A DNA stretch of 64,000 nucleotides from Octopus sinensis (lineage: Eukaryota), in the NCBI RefSeq assembly GCF_006345805.1, contig NC_042999.1:125922001-125986000 (forward strand), in the 5' to 3' direction. Position numbers and translations under genes: made by a program. Below, in pieces: positions 52,462 to 64,000 of this stretch (its first letter is position 1; the number at the start of each line of letters is the position of its first letter). The notes under the pieces were generated by a model. It had not been told where the DNA came from and did not search any database. It saw only the letters and a list, made by a program, of their open reading frames with translations.

Positions 52462-53199
52462 TGTGGTGATGGTGGTGGTGGTATAGTGATGGTGGTGTGG
52501 TGATTTCAACGCTGGTGGTAAATCGCTGTTATTGTTTATGTTTGGCGATAGTAGTGGTGGTGACAACAATGTCGATGTCAGTGTGTGCATGTGAATGTGA
52601 ATGTCTATGTGTATGTGAGTAGGTAGGTAGGTAGGGGTAGAGTTAGTGTGTTTTGTTGTGCAGCTGATGAAACAAGCATCACAACGGCTCTCTGAACATA
52701 CACACAAGAACAAAAACAAAAAAATACTCTTTTATATACATTGGCCAATGGACCATACAGTCAAGTGAAAAGATACCTTTTTTATCATAACATATCCACA
52801 ATATTGTCCGCCTCCATCCTTCTTTTCTTCCTTCCTACCTTCCTTCTATTTTTTCTATATTTCTTAATTTTCTCTCTAACTTCCAGTCTCCACCTCTCTC
52901 ACTCTCTGCCCCTGCCTGTCTCTCTCTGTCTAATTTTCTGTCTGTCTGTCTGTGTGTCTGTCTCTTTCTCTCTCTCTCGTTCCTTCTCTCTAATATCCAA
53001 TGCTTTCTTTATGTACCTGTTCTGGTTTCTTCCTCTCCCCCACCTTAAACTCCCTTCTGTGGTTCATTCCTTTCATCTTTCTCTTTCACAAAGTATTCCT
53101 TCAGTCATCGATGAACTGTAAAATTCTTTCTTTCATTTGTTTGCTTTGGTTTTCTTAAAAACAAAACAAAAAACAACAAAAAAACAAAACTACTATCTA

Positions 53200-53365
53200 G
53201 GCGTGGCTGTGTGGTAAGAAACTCCCTTCACAACCACATGGTTCCTGGTTCAGTCCCACTGCGTGGCACCTTGGGCAAGTGTCTCCTATAATAGCTTTGG
53301 GCCGATCAAAGCCTTGTGAGTGGATTTGGTGTACGGAAACTGAAAGAAGCCCGTCGTATATATAT
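53200..53365 (+). mobile_element. SINE family A 5' half (a 3' half lies at about 54230-54435)
   Basis: GGCGTGGCTGTGTGGTAAG...GGTTCAGTCCCACTGCGTGGCACCTTGGGCAAG. Confidence 0.75.
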
Positions 53366-53404
53366 ATTTAACCGCGCGTTGCATATATAAATGTAACTGC
53401 ACGT

Positions 53405-53590
53405 GATTGTTGGCAATTTTTCCCCTCCTTCGTCTTGCACTCTCCTGTTTCTTCCTGTTTCCGAAGAAGAGCTATGCTCGAATCGTAAAACTTCTACTCT
53501 TTTCCTTCTCTGAGCATCTTATTATTAAATTGCTTGTGCCACGTCCAAACGTTTGTTCGTTTTTTTCCCTGTTTTTTATTTTTAATTGAC
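53405..53590 (+). mobile_element. Family A hammerhead-bearing repeat, degenerate core
   Basis: 53457-53491 reads GTTT-CCGAAGA-A-GAGC TAT GCTC-GAATC-GTA-AAAC. Flanks match 4650-4810. Confidence 0.6.
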
Positions 53591-53615
53591 TGTCTATCTA
53601 TTTATAAGACGAAAG

Positions 53616-53659
<44 letters not shown>

Positions 53660-54167
53660 ATATTTGTATGACCGAACATTAACTTGATCCCACGTAAAAT
53701 CAATATGTTTCATCCGATTTCGTTCATGCTTTGCAAATATATCACTTATGTTCCACAGAAGGTTCTACACTGTTTAGATTTGTCACTTATGGAGTAATAT
53801 AGAGTAATGGGGCAGAAACGGTTAGAAATTGATTATCTCCCTTACACTGGAAGGTGTGTGTGTGTAACGCTTCATTCTCAGAGAAACATCCTACAACATC
53901 CACAAACTCAAACAGTAGATTGCAGACAATGAGCTGAGCTGTTACCATACAGCGTTCGGTAAATTCCGTAAAAATTATTCATTTATTTATTTCTGTGGCT
54001 AGAAATGTACATTTCGTTTGATATCACTCTCCCCCCTCTCTCTGCCTCACACACACTTTCTCTCTTTCCGACAACACACACCTCTCTCTCTCTCCCAGCC
54101 AATCACTCACACACTCAAAAAGATGCGAGGAAAAATAAATAAAAGAAATGTACGCTGTTACTCTCTC

Positions 54168-54218
<51 letters not shown>

Positions 54219-54529
54219 TATGTGTTTTAGTCTGTGTTTGTCCCTTCTACTTGATGACCGGTGATTGTGTGTTTACGTCTCCGGAACTTAGCTGTTCGGC
54301 AAAAAAAAAAACACCCGATAGAATAAGCACCAGGCTTTAAAAAAAAGTCCCGGGGTCGATTTGTTCGACTATAACCCTTCAAGGCGGTGACCCAGCATGG
54401 CAGCAGTCAAATGATTGAAACAAGTAAAAATAAAAACAATCCTTTAACATACCACCATCAGAACCCGATGTGAATTAAAGATTCGTCAGGTCAATTCCTG
54501 TCCGTGCACATATACCTGACAAATATTGA

Positions 54530-55930
54530 TTTCAACTTTTGGCTCAAGGCCAACAATTTCGGTGGGAGTGGGACAGTCGATTACATTGACCCCAGTGTTC
54601 AACTGGTACTTACTTTATTGTCACCAAAAGGATAAAAGGCAAAGTCGAGCTCAGCAGAACTTGAACTCAGAACATAAAGACGGGTGAAATGCCGCTAAGC
54701 TTTTTGTCCAGTGTGCTAACGATTCTACCAGCTCTCCGCATTATACATGACAAATATTACGAATAACGAAACAGAGATTAAACTGTGGTTTTCTGTTATT
54801 TTATTTCACATTTACCCGATGCTCTAAACGTTTCTACAAATCGATTATCTGCTGAGGTTATAATCGATTAAATTTATCGATCTTAAGTCGACGTTGGCGG
54901 GATTTGAACTCAGAACAAAAATATCCGTGACTAAATAGTATAATACAGTATGTCCTATCCCCTACCATTCATCAATTCACCCATCGTCTTTCATAATAAT
55001 AATTTCAAATTTTGGTACGAGGTCAGCAATTATGGGGGAGTAGGTAAATCGATTAATAGGGCGCCAGTGCTCAACTGGTACTGTATTTCATCGACACAGA
55101 AAAGATGTAAGGCAAATTTGACCTTAAGCCGTGTTTGAACTGAGAAGGTTAAGAGCCGGAAGAAATGCTGCTAAGCATTTGTCCGAGGCGGTAACGATGC
55201 CGCCAACTCGTCACCTAACATTCTTTCATAATAACCCTTTCTTGAATAAGCACAAGGCTTGGAATTTGGGTGGAGGGAACTGGTTGTTTACATTAACCCC
55301 AGGTTCAATTGGTACTTATTTTACCAACTCCGAAAGGATGCAAGGCAAAGTCGACCTTGGTGGAATTTGAACTCAGAACATAAAGACGGATGAAATGCCG
55401 CTAAGCATTTTATCCGGCTTGCTAACGATTCTTGTTTCTTTATTGCTCACAAGGGGCTAAACATACAGGGGACAAACAAGGACAGACAAACGGATTAAGT
55501 CGATTATATCGACCTCAGTGCGTAACTGGTACTTATTTAATCGACCCCGAAAGGATGAAAGGCAAAGTCGATCTCGGCGGAATTTGAACTCAGAACGTAA
55601 TGGCAGACGAAATGCCGCTCAGCATTTCGTCCGGCTTGCTAACGATTCTGCCATCTCATTGCCTTACCGTCTTTCGTAACAATGGTTTCAAATTTTGGCA
55701 CAAGGTCGGCAATTTTGGAGAGGGGTAAGTCGATTACATGAATCACAGTGTTCAACTGATACTTATTTTATCGACCATGAAAGGATGAAAGGCAAATTCG
55801 ACCTCGGCGAAATTTGAGCTCAGAGCATGAAAACGGACGAAATGCCGCTAAGTATTTTGTCCGGCGTGCTAACGATTCTGCCATCTCACCGCCTTATCGT
55901 CTTCCGTAATAATGATTTCTAACATTTGCA
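54530..55930 (-). mobile_element. Head-to-tail array of SINE family B copies
   Basis: At least five units, with a spacer like ATCGTCTTTCATAATAAT repeated at about 54985, 55217, 55667 and 55896. Confidence 0.75.
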
Positions 55931-57199
55931 TAAATCACCAAATTTCGTGGAAATATTCAGTTGATTGCTATCGATAGCAGTACATGTTTGGAACTTTATT
56001 TAATCGAATCCCGGTAGGTTGAAGAACATAACTGACTCTGTTGAGTTTCGAAATCAGAAGACGTAGATTTGTCATTAAATATTGCAAGACACCTTTTTCC
56101 GTTACTCTATAGATTTTATCAATACCCGGTTCTCATAAAAATAATATTCAACTTGGGCATAAGGCTACTAATGTGGTGAATGTGTATAGGAACAGTCCAT
56201 TAGATCGCCATCCCCACTTTTATACTTGGCTGTCATTTTATTATGGAAAGAGGGATATAATCATATTTCTGTCAGTGACTGCTTTCTTAATATAAATAAT
56301 AACAGAAACAAAAACAATTGCAGAAACAACGGTATATTTTCAATATTCTTACAATATACAATATAGTTATTCAACTATGTCACAAAAATTTTTTTTTTAT
56401 TTTCTTTTATTTTTTTATCCTCATTATTTGTATTCTGTAAAAAAAAAAAAGGAAAAATAACAATATAAAAAATGCCTGTCACTTGATGGCGCTTGATGAT
56501 AGCTGTGGTGCTGCTATCTGCATCTTAATTTGACGTAGCACAATCCATTGTTCACTGAAGCTTTTATTAATGCTCTCTCTCTTCCTTTCTCCCTCTTTCT
56601 CCCCTCCTTCCCTTTCAGACACATTATTACATTCATACATACATAAAGGCATATCTTCCTACGACACACACACACATACATTTTATATATATATGTATGT
56701 ATATATGTATATATATGTATGTATCCGATAATAAAAAATAGATACTTCATTGTTCTCGGAAGCTCGACCAACTTGTTAAAGACGAAGATGAAGAATGAAA
56801 TAGAAAAGGAAAATAAAAGAAAGATAATAACAACAACAACAACTACGAAGGAGAAGATAAATAAGATAAAGTAATTGTAAAATAAAATGACTTTTGACAT
56901 CAGATAGGGTGGAAAATGTTCGGTTTTCATGTAGTGGTATTATTTTGGTTATCATTGAAACAAGTGGCACCTTATTACCATCTGTCATGCTTGGTTACCT
57001 CCCCATTTTGTTTTTGATTTTGTTGTTGAGTGTATTTAGTGGGGCAAAGAGAGAAAAAAAAAGAGACCAGAGAAAATAGAGTTGTCAAAGAGATGTGTTA
57101 ACCACATTGATACAATATACTGTGGTCAAATGATAATGTCAAAATACAATACTACAAGCAATATTTGGTGGTTTCATTTAATTCGTAGTGTTTTTTTAG

Positions 57200-57960
57200 G
57201 TAAACTGGCCGAATCGGTAGCGCACTGAAGAAAATGCCTTGTATCGGTTTTGCTCCAGCTCTTTATAGTCCAAGTTAAGTTTTAACCTTCGATTCTCCGA
57301 GGTTGATAAGATATAGTACCACAAGTCAAGTATAGGGGCCTATTTAATTGATTGTTCCCTTCCACCTAGATATAATAAGCCCTTGTGCTTACATTAGAAA
57401 CAATAATTACGAGTTCAACTTCCGTCGAGGTCAAATTTGCCTTTCATTCCTCCGAATTCGAAGGGCCGATAAAATAATTGTTTCAAATTTTGGCACACGG
57501 CCAGAAATTTTAGGGGAGGGGTAAGTCAATTATATCGACCCCAGTGCCTTGCAGGTACTTATTTTATCGATTCCAGTGCTTGACAGGTACTTATTTTATT
57601 GACCCCGAAAGGATGAATGGCAAAGTCGACCTCCGTGGGATTTGAACTCAGAACGCAAAGAAACGGGAGAGATGCCGTTAAGCATTTTATCTGAAGCGCC
57701 AACATTTTTGCCAGCTCGCCGTCAGTCAAGTACTCTAGTCAATACAATCGACTAACTCCCTCTACCAAATTTCAAATTTTCTACAATAATAGCAATAAGC
57801 ATTTTTGCTTCTTGTGGTGTGTTGCTGTATCGTATGTGCCGTTAGATAATCGCGAAAAATGCCTTCCGGTATTTGATTCACAACTTTAAATGTTCTGAGT
57901 TCAAATCTCGTCGAGATCAAGTTTGTCTCTTATTCTTTCGGAGTCATTAAAAAATACCAA
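57200..57960. mobile_element. Cluster of partial SINE family B copies in both orientations
   Basis: Repeated GAGTTCAA/TTGAACTC and GGTACTTATTTTAT modules. Confidence 0.6.
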
Positions 57961-58367
57961 TCAAATACCATACACCTTTCACACGTTCATCTCCCTTTCT
58001 GTTCGTTATCTCTTTTGTTTCCCAGGCACAAAGCGCGAACTAAACATTTTGCCTAATTATTTCTTACCAGAACAATTTACTGGGAAACCTTCCTGTTGAC
58101 GTTCAACCTGCTTAAGTCAAACTCTAAAAAAGAAACTAGAGATGTTCAAATTGGACACCATCTCCCTCGATCTACCAGTCACGAAGAGCCTATAAAGCAA
58201 TGGGTGCTTATCTTCCTTATCTGGAAGATAAGATGGATTGAGTTGTTGTTTATTGTTAATTGTTTTGATACTTTTGAGTCGATATTATTTAAAGCTGATG
58301 AAGCAGAGCTGTAACATTAGAGGGAATACAGGTAAAGACTGTTCAACAACATATTAAAAAATAAATG

Positions 58368-58613
58368 CGCCCTTTTAAAGCCTAGCCAGGCTCATGGGCC
58401 CGATTTCCCGGTTTCAATGGTGTATGTGTTCCCCAGCTCGACGGGACGCCAGTCCATCTCACCGTTACTCATTTTTGTTAGCTGAGTGGACCGGAGCAAC
58501 GTGAAATGAAGTGTTTTGCTTAAGAACACAACGCGTCGCCCGGTCCAGGAATCGAAACCACAATCTTACGATCATGATGCTGACATCTTAACCACTAAGC
58601 CACGCGTCTCCAC
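58368..58613 (-). mobile_element. Full-length tRNA-derived SINE with V/Meta-like core
   Basis: Minus strand has A box TGGCTTAGTGG, B box GGTTTCGATTCC, then GTGTTCTTAAGCAAAACACTT and GATGGACTGGCGTCCCGTC. Confidence 0.75.
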
Positions 58614-58626
58614 TCAACAGCATATT

Positions 58627-58680
<54 letters not shown>

Positions 58681-59235
58681 AATACAGTGAGAATTTAAGG
58701 CAGGCAGAGCAGTATACAATGTAAGAGCGTGAGAGAAAGGGAAAGTAAGAGACAATGTGAAAATGAGAGAAAGGGAGAAAGAAAGCAAGGTTGTCAATTC
58801 CCAAGTCTTCCTAAGTATACTAGCAGACCGCGGTATACCTGGTCGAGCAGAAGCAAATATTGTAGGAGTTGAGGACATGGCTAAGTTTCGGAATTCGATA
58901 TTACAATTAATCTTCTGCTGATGTTGCCCAAGAAAGGCATGAACGTTACACCATGGCCAGAGCTCTGAGCTGAAACTACAGGAAAAAAAAAAATTGTATG
59001 AGAATAAGCGGTGCATAATGCTGGTAGATATTTTGTCAATTAGATGAAAATAAATCAGATGACATCAGTTGAAACTGAACGCTACAAGTAGCCGTCCAAT
59101 TATTACCGTCAATGTCGATTTCCTTATTACTAGCATGCACTCACAGACACATCATTACTAGTGTTGTTGTTGTTGTTGTTACCACCACCACCACCACTAC
59201 TATTACTACTACTACTACTACTGCTGCTGCTGCTA

Positions 59236-59267
<32 letters not shown>

Positions 59268-59811
59268 ACTACTACTACTACTACTAACAACAACAGTATT
59301 ACATCTGATAGAATCTTCGCTATGTAGACAATATTATCTCTCGTGTATCTGGTTAGATGTTGTATTTTGGACAAACCAGTCCTCAGCGCTGTCAGCTGAT
59401 TTATGTCGGCAGTGTCACGAGACACGAGACTTAACACGCAGTTTAGAAGACTACATTACTTTGATTATGCTACTGTGGTTTCATGATAGCTAATTTACCA
59501 ATTTAACTGAACAACAAACAAAACAAAACCATGCCCGCTTCTAGGATTGACTGACTTGTTATATTGCCTTGATAACTGAGATTTCGTCTGAAACTCGCTT
59601 CTGTTTGTTTACCGACAATCAATTGATGACATCGGCATTTCAACTGAAGCAAATCTGGTGACTATCTATGTTATTTGACCCCAAACGTCTTGTATCCTGT
59701 TGCTGCCGCTCTTAATCTTGATAGAGAACATTTTAAAGCCATCTCTTCCACCATATTCCTGACGTAGCTGGAGGAAAAGAGGTGACTGAGGAAAAGAGGT
59801 GAATAAGACGA

Positions 59812-59843
<32 letters not shown>

Positions 59844-60049
59844 TTACGAAAGTGTTTTTGTTGTTCTTTTTGTACTAATACGCAACTATTTCTTATGCAG
59901 TCTTTCTCATATCAAATCGTAAACATTGCAAATATAATAAGATAGTGTTAATGCATAAATACATTTTATCAAACACGCCGTTAACAAGCTTCTATTTTCA
60001 CTGCAACTGGATGCTGATTATGGATTCTGACATTTCAGCGAAATAATGG

Positions 60050-61370
60050 TGGCATTATTACATTTAAGTGTATTTCGTCTGACTTCATGGTCTGAGTTCA
60101 AATGTCGCGGAGTCGACTTTGCCTTTCATCCTTTAGGGGTCGATAAATTAAGTACCAATGGAACACTGGGGTTAATATAATCGACTTGTCCCCTCGCTCC
60201 CCGCCCAAGTGCCTATAGTAGAAAGGATTATTACATTTAATTAAAGGCTGGCGAGCTGGAAGAATCTTTAGCACGCCGGGCAAAATGTTTTGCGGCATTT
60301 CGTCTGCACGTTCTGGATTGAAATTCTGCCGAGGTCGATTTTGCCTTTCATTCTTTCGGAGGTCGATAAATTAAGTACCAGTTGAACACTGGGGTCGATG
60401 TAATCGACTAGCACCTTCCCCATCAAAATTCCTGGCCTTTTACCAAAATTTGAAACCATTATTACATTTAATTAAAGGCGGTGAACTGGCAGAATCGTTA
60501 GCACGCCGGGCAAAATGCTTAGCGGCATTTCGTCCATCTTTATGTTCTGAGTTCAAATTCCGCCGAGGCCGACTTTGCCTTTCATCTTTTCGGGGTCGAT
60601 AAATTAAGTACCAGTGGAACACTGGGGTCGATTTAATCGACTAGTTCCCTCCTCTTCAGGCCTGCTGCCTTTAGTAGAAAGGATTATTACATTTTATTAA
60701 GGTAGTGAGCTGGCAGAATCGTTAGCACGCCGGACAAAGTGTTTAGCTGCATTTCGTCTGTTTCTGAGTTCAAATTTCACCGAGGTCGACTTTACCTTTC
60801 ATCCTTTCGAGATCGATGTAATCGACTTCGACTTACACCTTCCCCCCAAATTTCAGGCCTTGTGCTTCTAATAGAATTATTGCATTTAATGAAGGCGGTG
60901 AGCTGACAGAATCGTTGCGGTCGAGATGACATGCTTCGTGGTATTTCTTCCGGCTCTTTACGTTCTGAGTTCAAATTCCGTCGGGGTCGACTTTGATTTT
61001 CATGCTTTTGGGGTTGATAAAATAAGTACCAATTATGCCATGGGGTAGATTTAATCAACTTACTCCTCCCCTAAAATTTCTGGCCTTGTGCCAAAATTTG
61101 AAATCATTATTACTTTTAATTAAGGGGGTTAGCTGGCAAAATCATTAGATTGTCGGAAGAAATGTTTTGATGTATTTATTCTGGTTCTTTATGTTCTGAG
61201 TTCAAATCCCACCGATGTCGACTTTGCCTTTCATCTCTTCGGGTCGATAAAATACAGTGCCAGTGAAGTCCTTGAGTCAATAGTATCGACTAATCCCTCC
61301 CTTGAAAACAGCTGGCTTTGTGGCTAAGCCACTATTTTGTTTAATTAAAGGCGGTGACGTAACCGAAATG
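60050..61370 (+). mobile_element. Head-to-tail array of six or more SINE family B copies with a common spacer
   Basis: A spacer like ATTATTACATTTAATTAA precedes heads at about 60245, 60475, 60700, 60890, 61125 and 61350. Confidence 0.8.
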
Positions 61371-61908
61371 GTAAAGTGTCGAACTATTCATCTCTCTCTC
61401 TGTGCTTTCTGAGACCAAATCCTGCTTAGTTCCAAAACCGACTTCCTTTTCATACATCCAGATTCCATGCAATAAGTACCTTATATATATACTAGATATA
61501 TATCAAGTACATTTTCTCCCCACACGTTCGTGATTATACCAAATCTCTACTTGAAGCATACTACGATATACAACCTGTACCGTTTCTAAGGTAGATTTTT
61601 TTTCTTTTAGGGAGATCTAGCAGCCTCTATTATGTCTCTATTATGCTTGTAACAGGATTTCTCTCACTTGTTCCACTTGATGTTATCACAGCTTGTTATT
61701 GTTTGATTTTGCTTCATGTTTTTTTTTTCTAAAGTTCATTTCTTCGGGTGTAACAACATCATTGCTTAAACACGTGGTGTACTCCCGGGGTCAACCAGCA
61801 TAGGTGGGACAATCTCTTCCAACGAGGTTGGTTTGGGAGTTTGAAATTTAAATCAAAGACTAAAGAGAAAGGCGTGCAGAATATACATATTTAATATTTC
61901 ATTTTTGC

Positions 61909-62125
61909 CAAGGCAGTGTGATGGCAGAATAGCTACCGCACCGGAGGAAATGCTTAGCGGCATTTCTTCCGTCTTTACGTTCTGAGTTCAAATTCCGCCG
62001 AGGTCGACTGCATCTTTTTATCCTTTCGGGGTCGGTAAAATAAGTGCCGGATGAGAACTGGGCTCGATGTAATCGACTTACCTCCTCTTACAAAATTGAT
62101 GGCCTTGTGCCATACTTTGAAATCA
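61909..62125 (+). mobile_element. SINE family B
   Basis: AAGGCAGTGTGATGGCAGAAT...GAGTTCAAATTCCGCCGAGGTCGAC. Confidence 0.7.
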
Positions 62126-62684
62126 CTGTTAAATTTTTTCCTACGCATAACGAATTTCTAGGCTTTTTATTATTTCTTCCACCGCTAACACACTCAGATA
62201 TGATGTTTCTTCTCTATGCTACTTCTATCACTGCTGAATGGCATATGTTCGTGTAAGCCAGCTACTACATATATTCTTCTCCCGCCAAACACATTCTTCT
62301 AAATCACCTTTGTCTTTCCGCCATTTCTGTTGCGTCTCACAACCCAAACACCGCATTAAACACTGCCCCTACGTCTTCTTCCTAGCAACTCTAGCCCTCT
62401 GGAATCCAACCGTGACTTTTCACCGTTATAGACACTAACACCTTTAAAGGTTTTACTTAAAGTGGTCATGACACTTTTCTGGGCATCTTTTATCTGATAT
62501 CTTTTACTTGTTTCAGTCATTAGACTACGCCTTGAAAGGTTTTAATCGAACAAATCAACACTTGGGCTTATTTGTTTTAAAGCCTAGTACTTATTCTATC
62601 GGTCTCTATGACCGAACAGCTAAGTTACGGTGACGTAATAACAGCAACACCAGTTGTCAAGCGGTTGTGGAATGACGCACACAC

Positions 62685-62748
<64 letters not shown>

Positions 62749-62874
62749 TAACAATTAAGGATAATCTCTTAATAAGGGATCTTAACAAGAAATTATCGGG
62801 TAGTTAGCGTGAAAACCTCATAAAAGAAAAGAATTCGAAAATAATTTTTTTCTTTTGAACAAATTAATTATATC

Positions 62875-63160
62875 TATATTGTATAGAGGGCATTATTACA
62901 CATAAATGCCTCACACTAAGAGGGACAAAGTCATTACTACCAAAATTATACTAATCATACCCAAATGCAGTTTTTCAAAGCAAGACATTTAAAAAATGAA
63001 TTTAGTTCTGAAATCACGGTGATACAGAACTAAATTCATTTTTTAAATGTCTTGCTTTGAAAAACTGCATTTGGGTATGATTAGTATAATTTTGGTAGTA
63101 ATGACTTTGTCCCTCTTAGTGTGAGGCATTTATGTGTAATAATGCCCTCTATACAATATA
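62875..63160. repeat. Perfect inverted repeat with 136-bp arms and a 14-bp centre
   Basis: 62875-63010 is the exact reverse complement of 63025-63160. The centre itself contains ATCAC-G-GTGAT. Confidence 0.95.
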
Positions 63161-64000
63161 TATATATATATATATTTTTTACTGTTTATATGTTTGTACT
63201 GTCGTTACCGTCTTGCTTTTTTTACCCCTCTGCGAAAAGATCTCAGAATTTTAATTGATTTGCTTTTCGTAGGAAGGAAGTTTTCTTCGAAGTATACGTC
63301 TCGCTTTTATCCTTCGAAACGTTTAGTAGATGAAACCTTAGCGACTGAAGAAGGGGATTTTTCGTTGTGCTTATTGTCCTGTATCTCCTTTTTTTTGCTT
63401 GTCTTGTTCCTTGGTTTGTGTCTATGTTTTTCGTCTCTCTATGTGTTCGACGTCTTTTTGGTGTCCTGTACTCATATATGCGTGTATATGTACATGTAGA
63501 GGTAGGTACGTACATATATGTTTATATATATGCATATGTTCTATTTTGTTAACATATTATACGACTAAACGCACGCACCCTATTAAGTAAGATTGTTCTG
63601 TTTATCAAGTTAGCCTTGATATTAACTCTCACGCGACTCTGCATCTTTCTTTCTTTCTCTCCCATTCCCTTTTTTGTCTTTTTTCCCTCACTTAACTTGT
63701 CTCTTCCTCTCTCTCTCATTCTTCATTCTCTCTCTCCCTTTCACCATTCTTCATGGTCTCCTCGCACCATTCCCCTTCTTCTCTCTCTTCCTCTTGCTCC
63801 TCCTCCCCCATTCCCGTCGTCCATCTGCGACGACACTTCCGTCGTAACTGCTATCCTGTCTTTTCTCGCCCGCCTTCTAAGGCTACTGGTCGACACATTT
63901 TCTCTCTCTCGTCGTCCACTATAATCCAGCGTTTGCAATACTTTTTTCGTCTGGCGTTAACAGCCCTTCTTATCTTGTTCTCCTTGTCCTGTCTCTCACT

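Noticed and set aside
60050-61370. CRISPR-like repeat-spacer array
   Set aside because: The long units are homologous SINE copies rather than unique spacers, the context is eukaryotic, and there are no cas genes.
63310-63385. Permuted (type II) hammerhead from GAAACGTT followed by CTGAAGA
   Set aside because: Stem I does not pair and stem II is weak. Two decayed repeat fragments explain it better.

Overview
This is a very AT-rich, repeat-saturated eukaryotic window. The SINE families and microsatellite load look like an octopod cephalopod genome, which is an inference from remembered repeat families and not a database result. No intact protein-coding gene is recognisable, and most ORFs in the supplied track are microsatellite translations. 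Supported elements are: a Tigger/pogo-type deletion derivative with TIRs and TA TSD; a hAT MITE with an 8-bp TSD; two 3' fragments of one CR1-clade LINE; R4/Dong-clade RLE retrotransposons in (TAA)n tracts; a HERO-like 3' fragment; a Penelope-like GIY-YIG C-terminal fragment; a Helitron/HINE-like element; and dozens of tRNA-derived SINE copies. The most notable signal is a set of about ten minimal type I hammerhead-ribozyme motifs in four short repeat families, typical of Penelope-like pseudo-LTRs and often placed head-to-head. One of them is the tail of a tRNA-headed SINE-like chimera. Other points of interest are a SINE/CR1 shared 3' hairpin with compensatory changes, head-to-tail SINE arrays with array-specific spacers, a decayed 27-bp repeat rich in TGAGTCA, and a perfect 136-bp-arm palindrome. 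Two phase-compatible plus-strand exon candidates are reported at low confidence. SINE and repeat boundaries are approximate.
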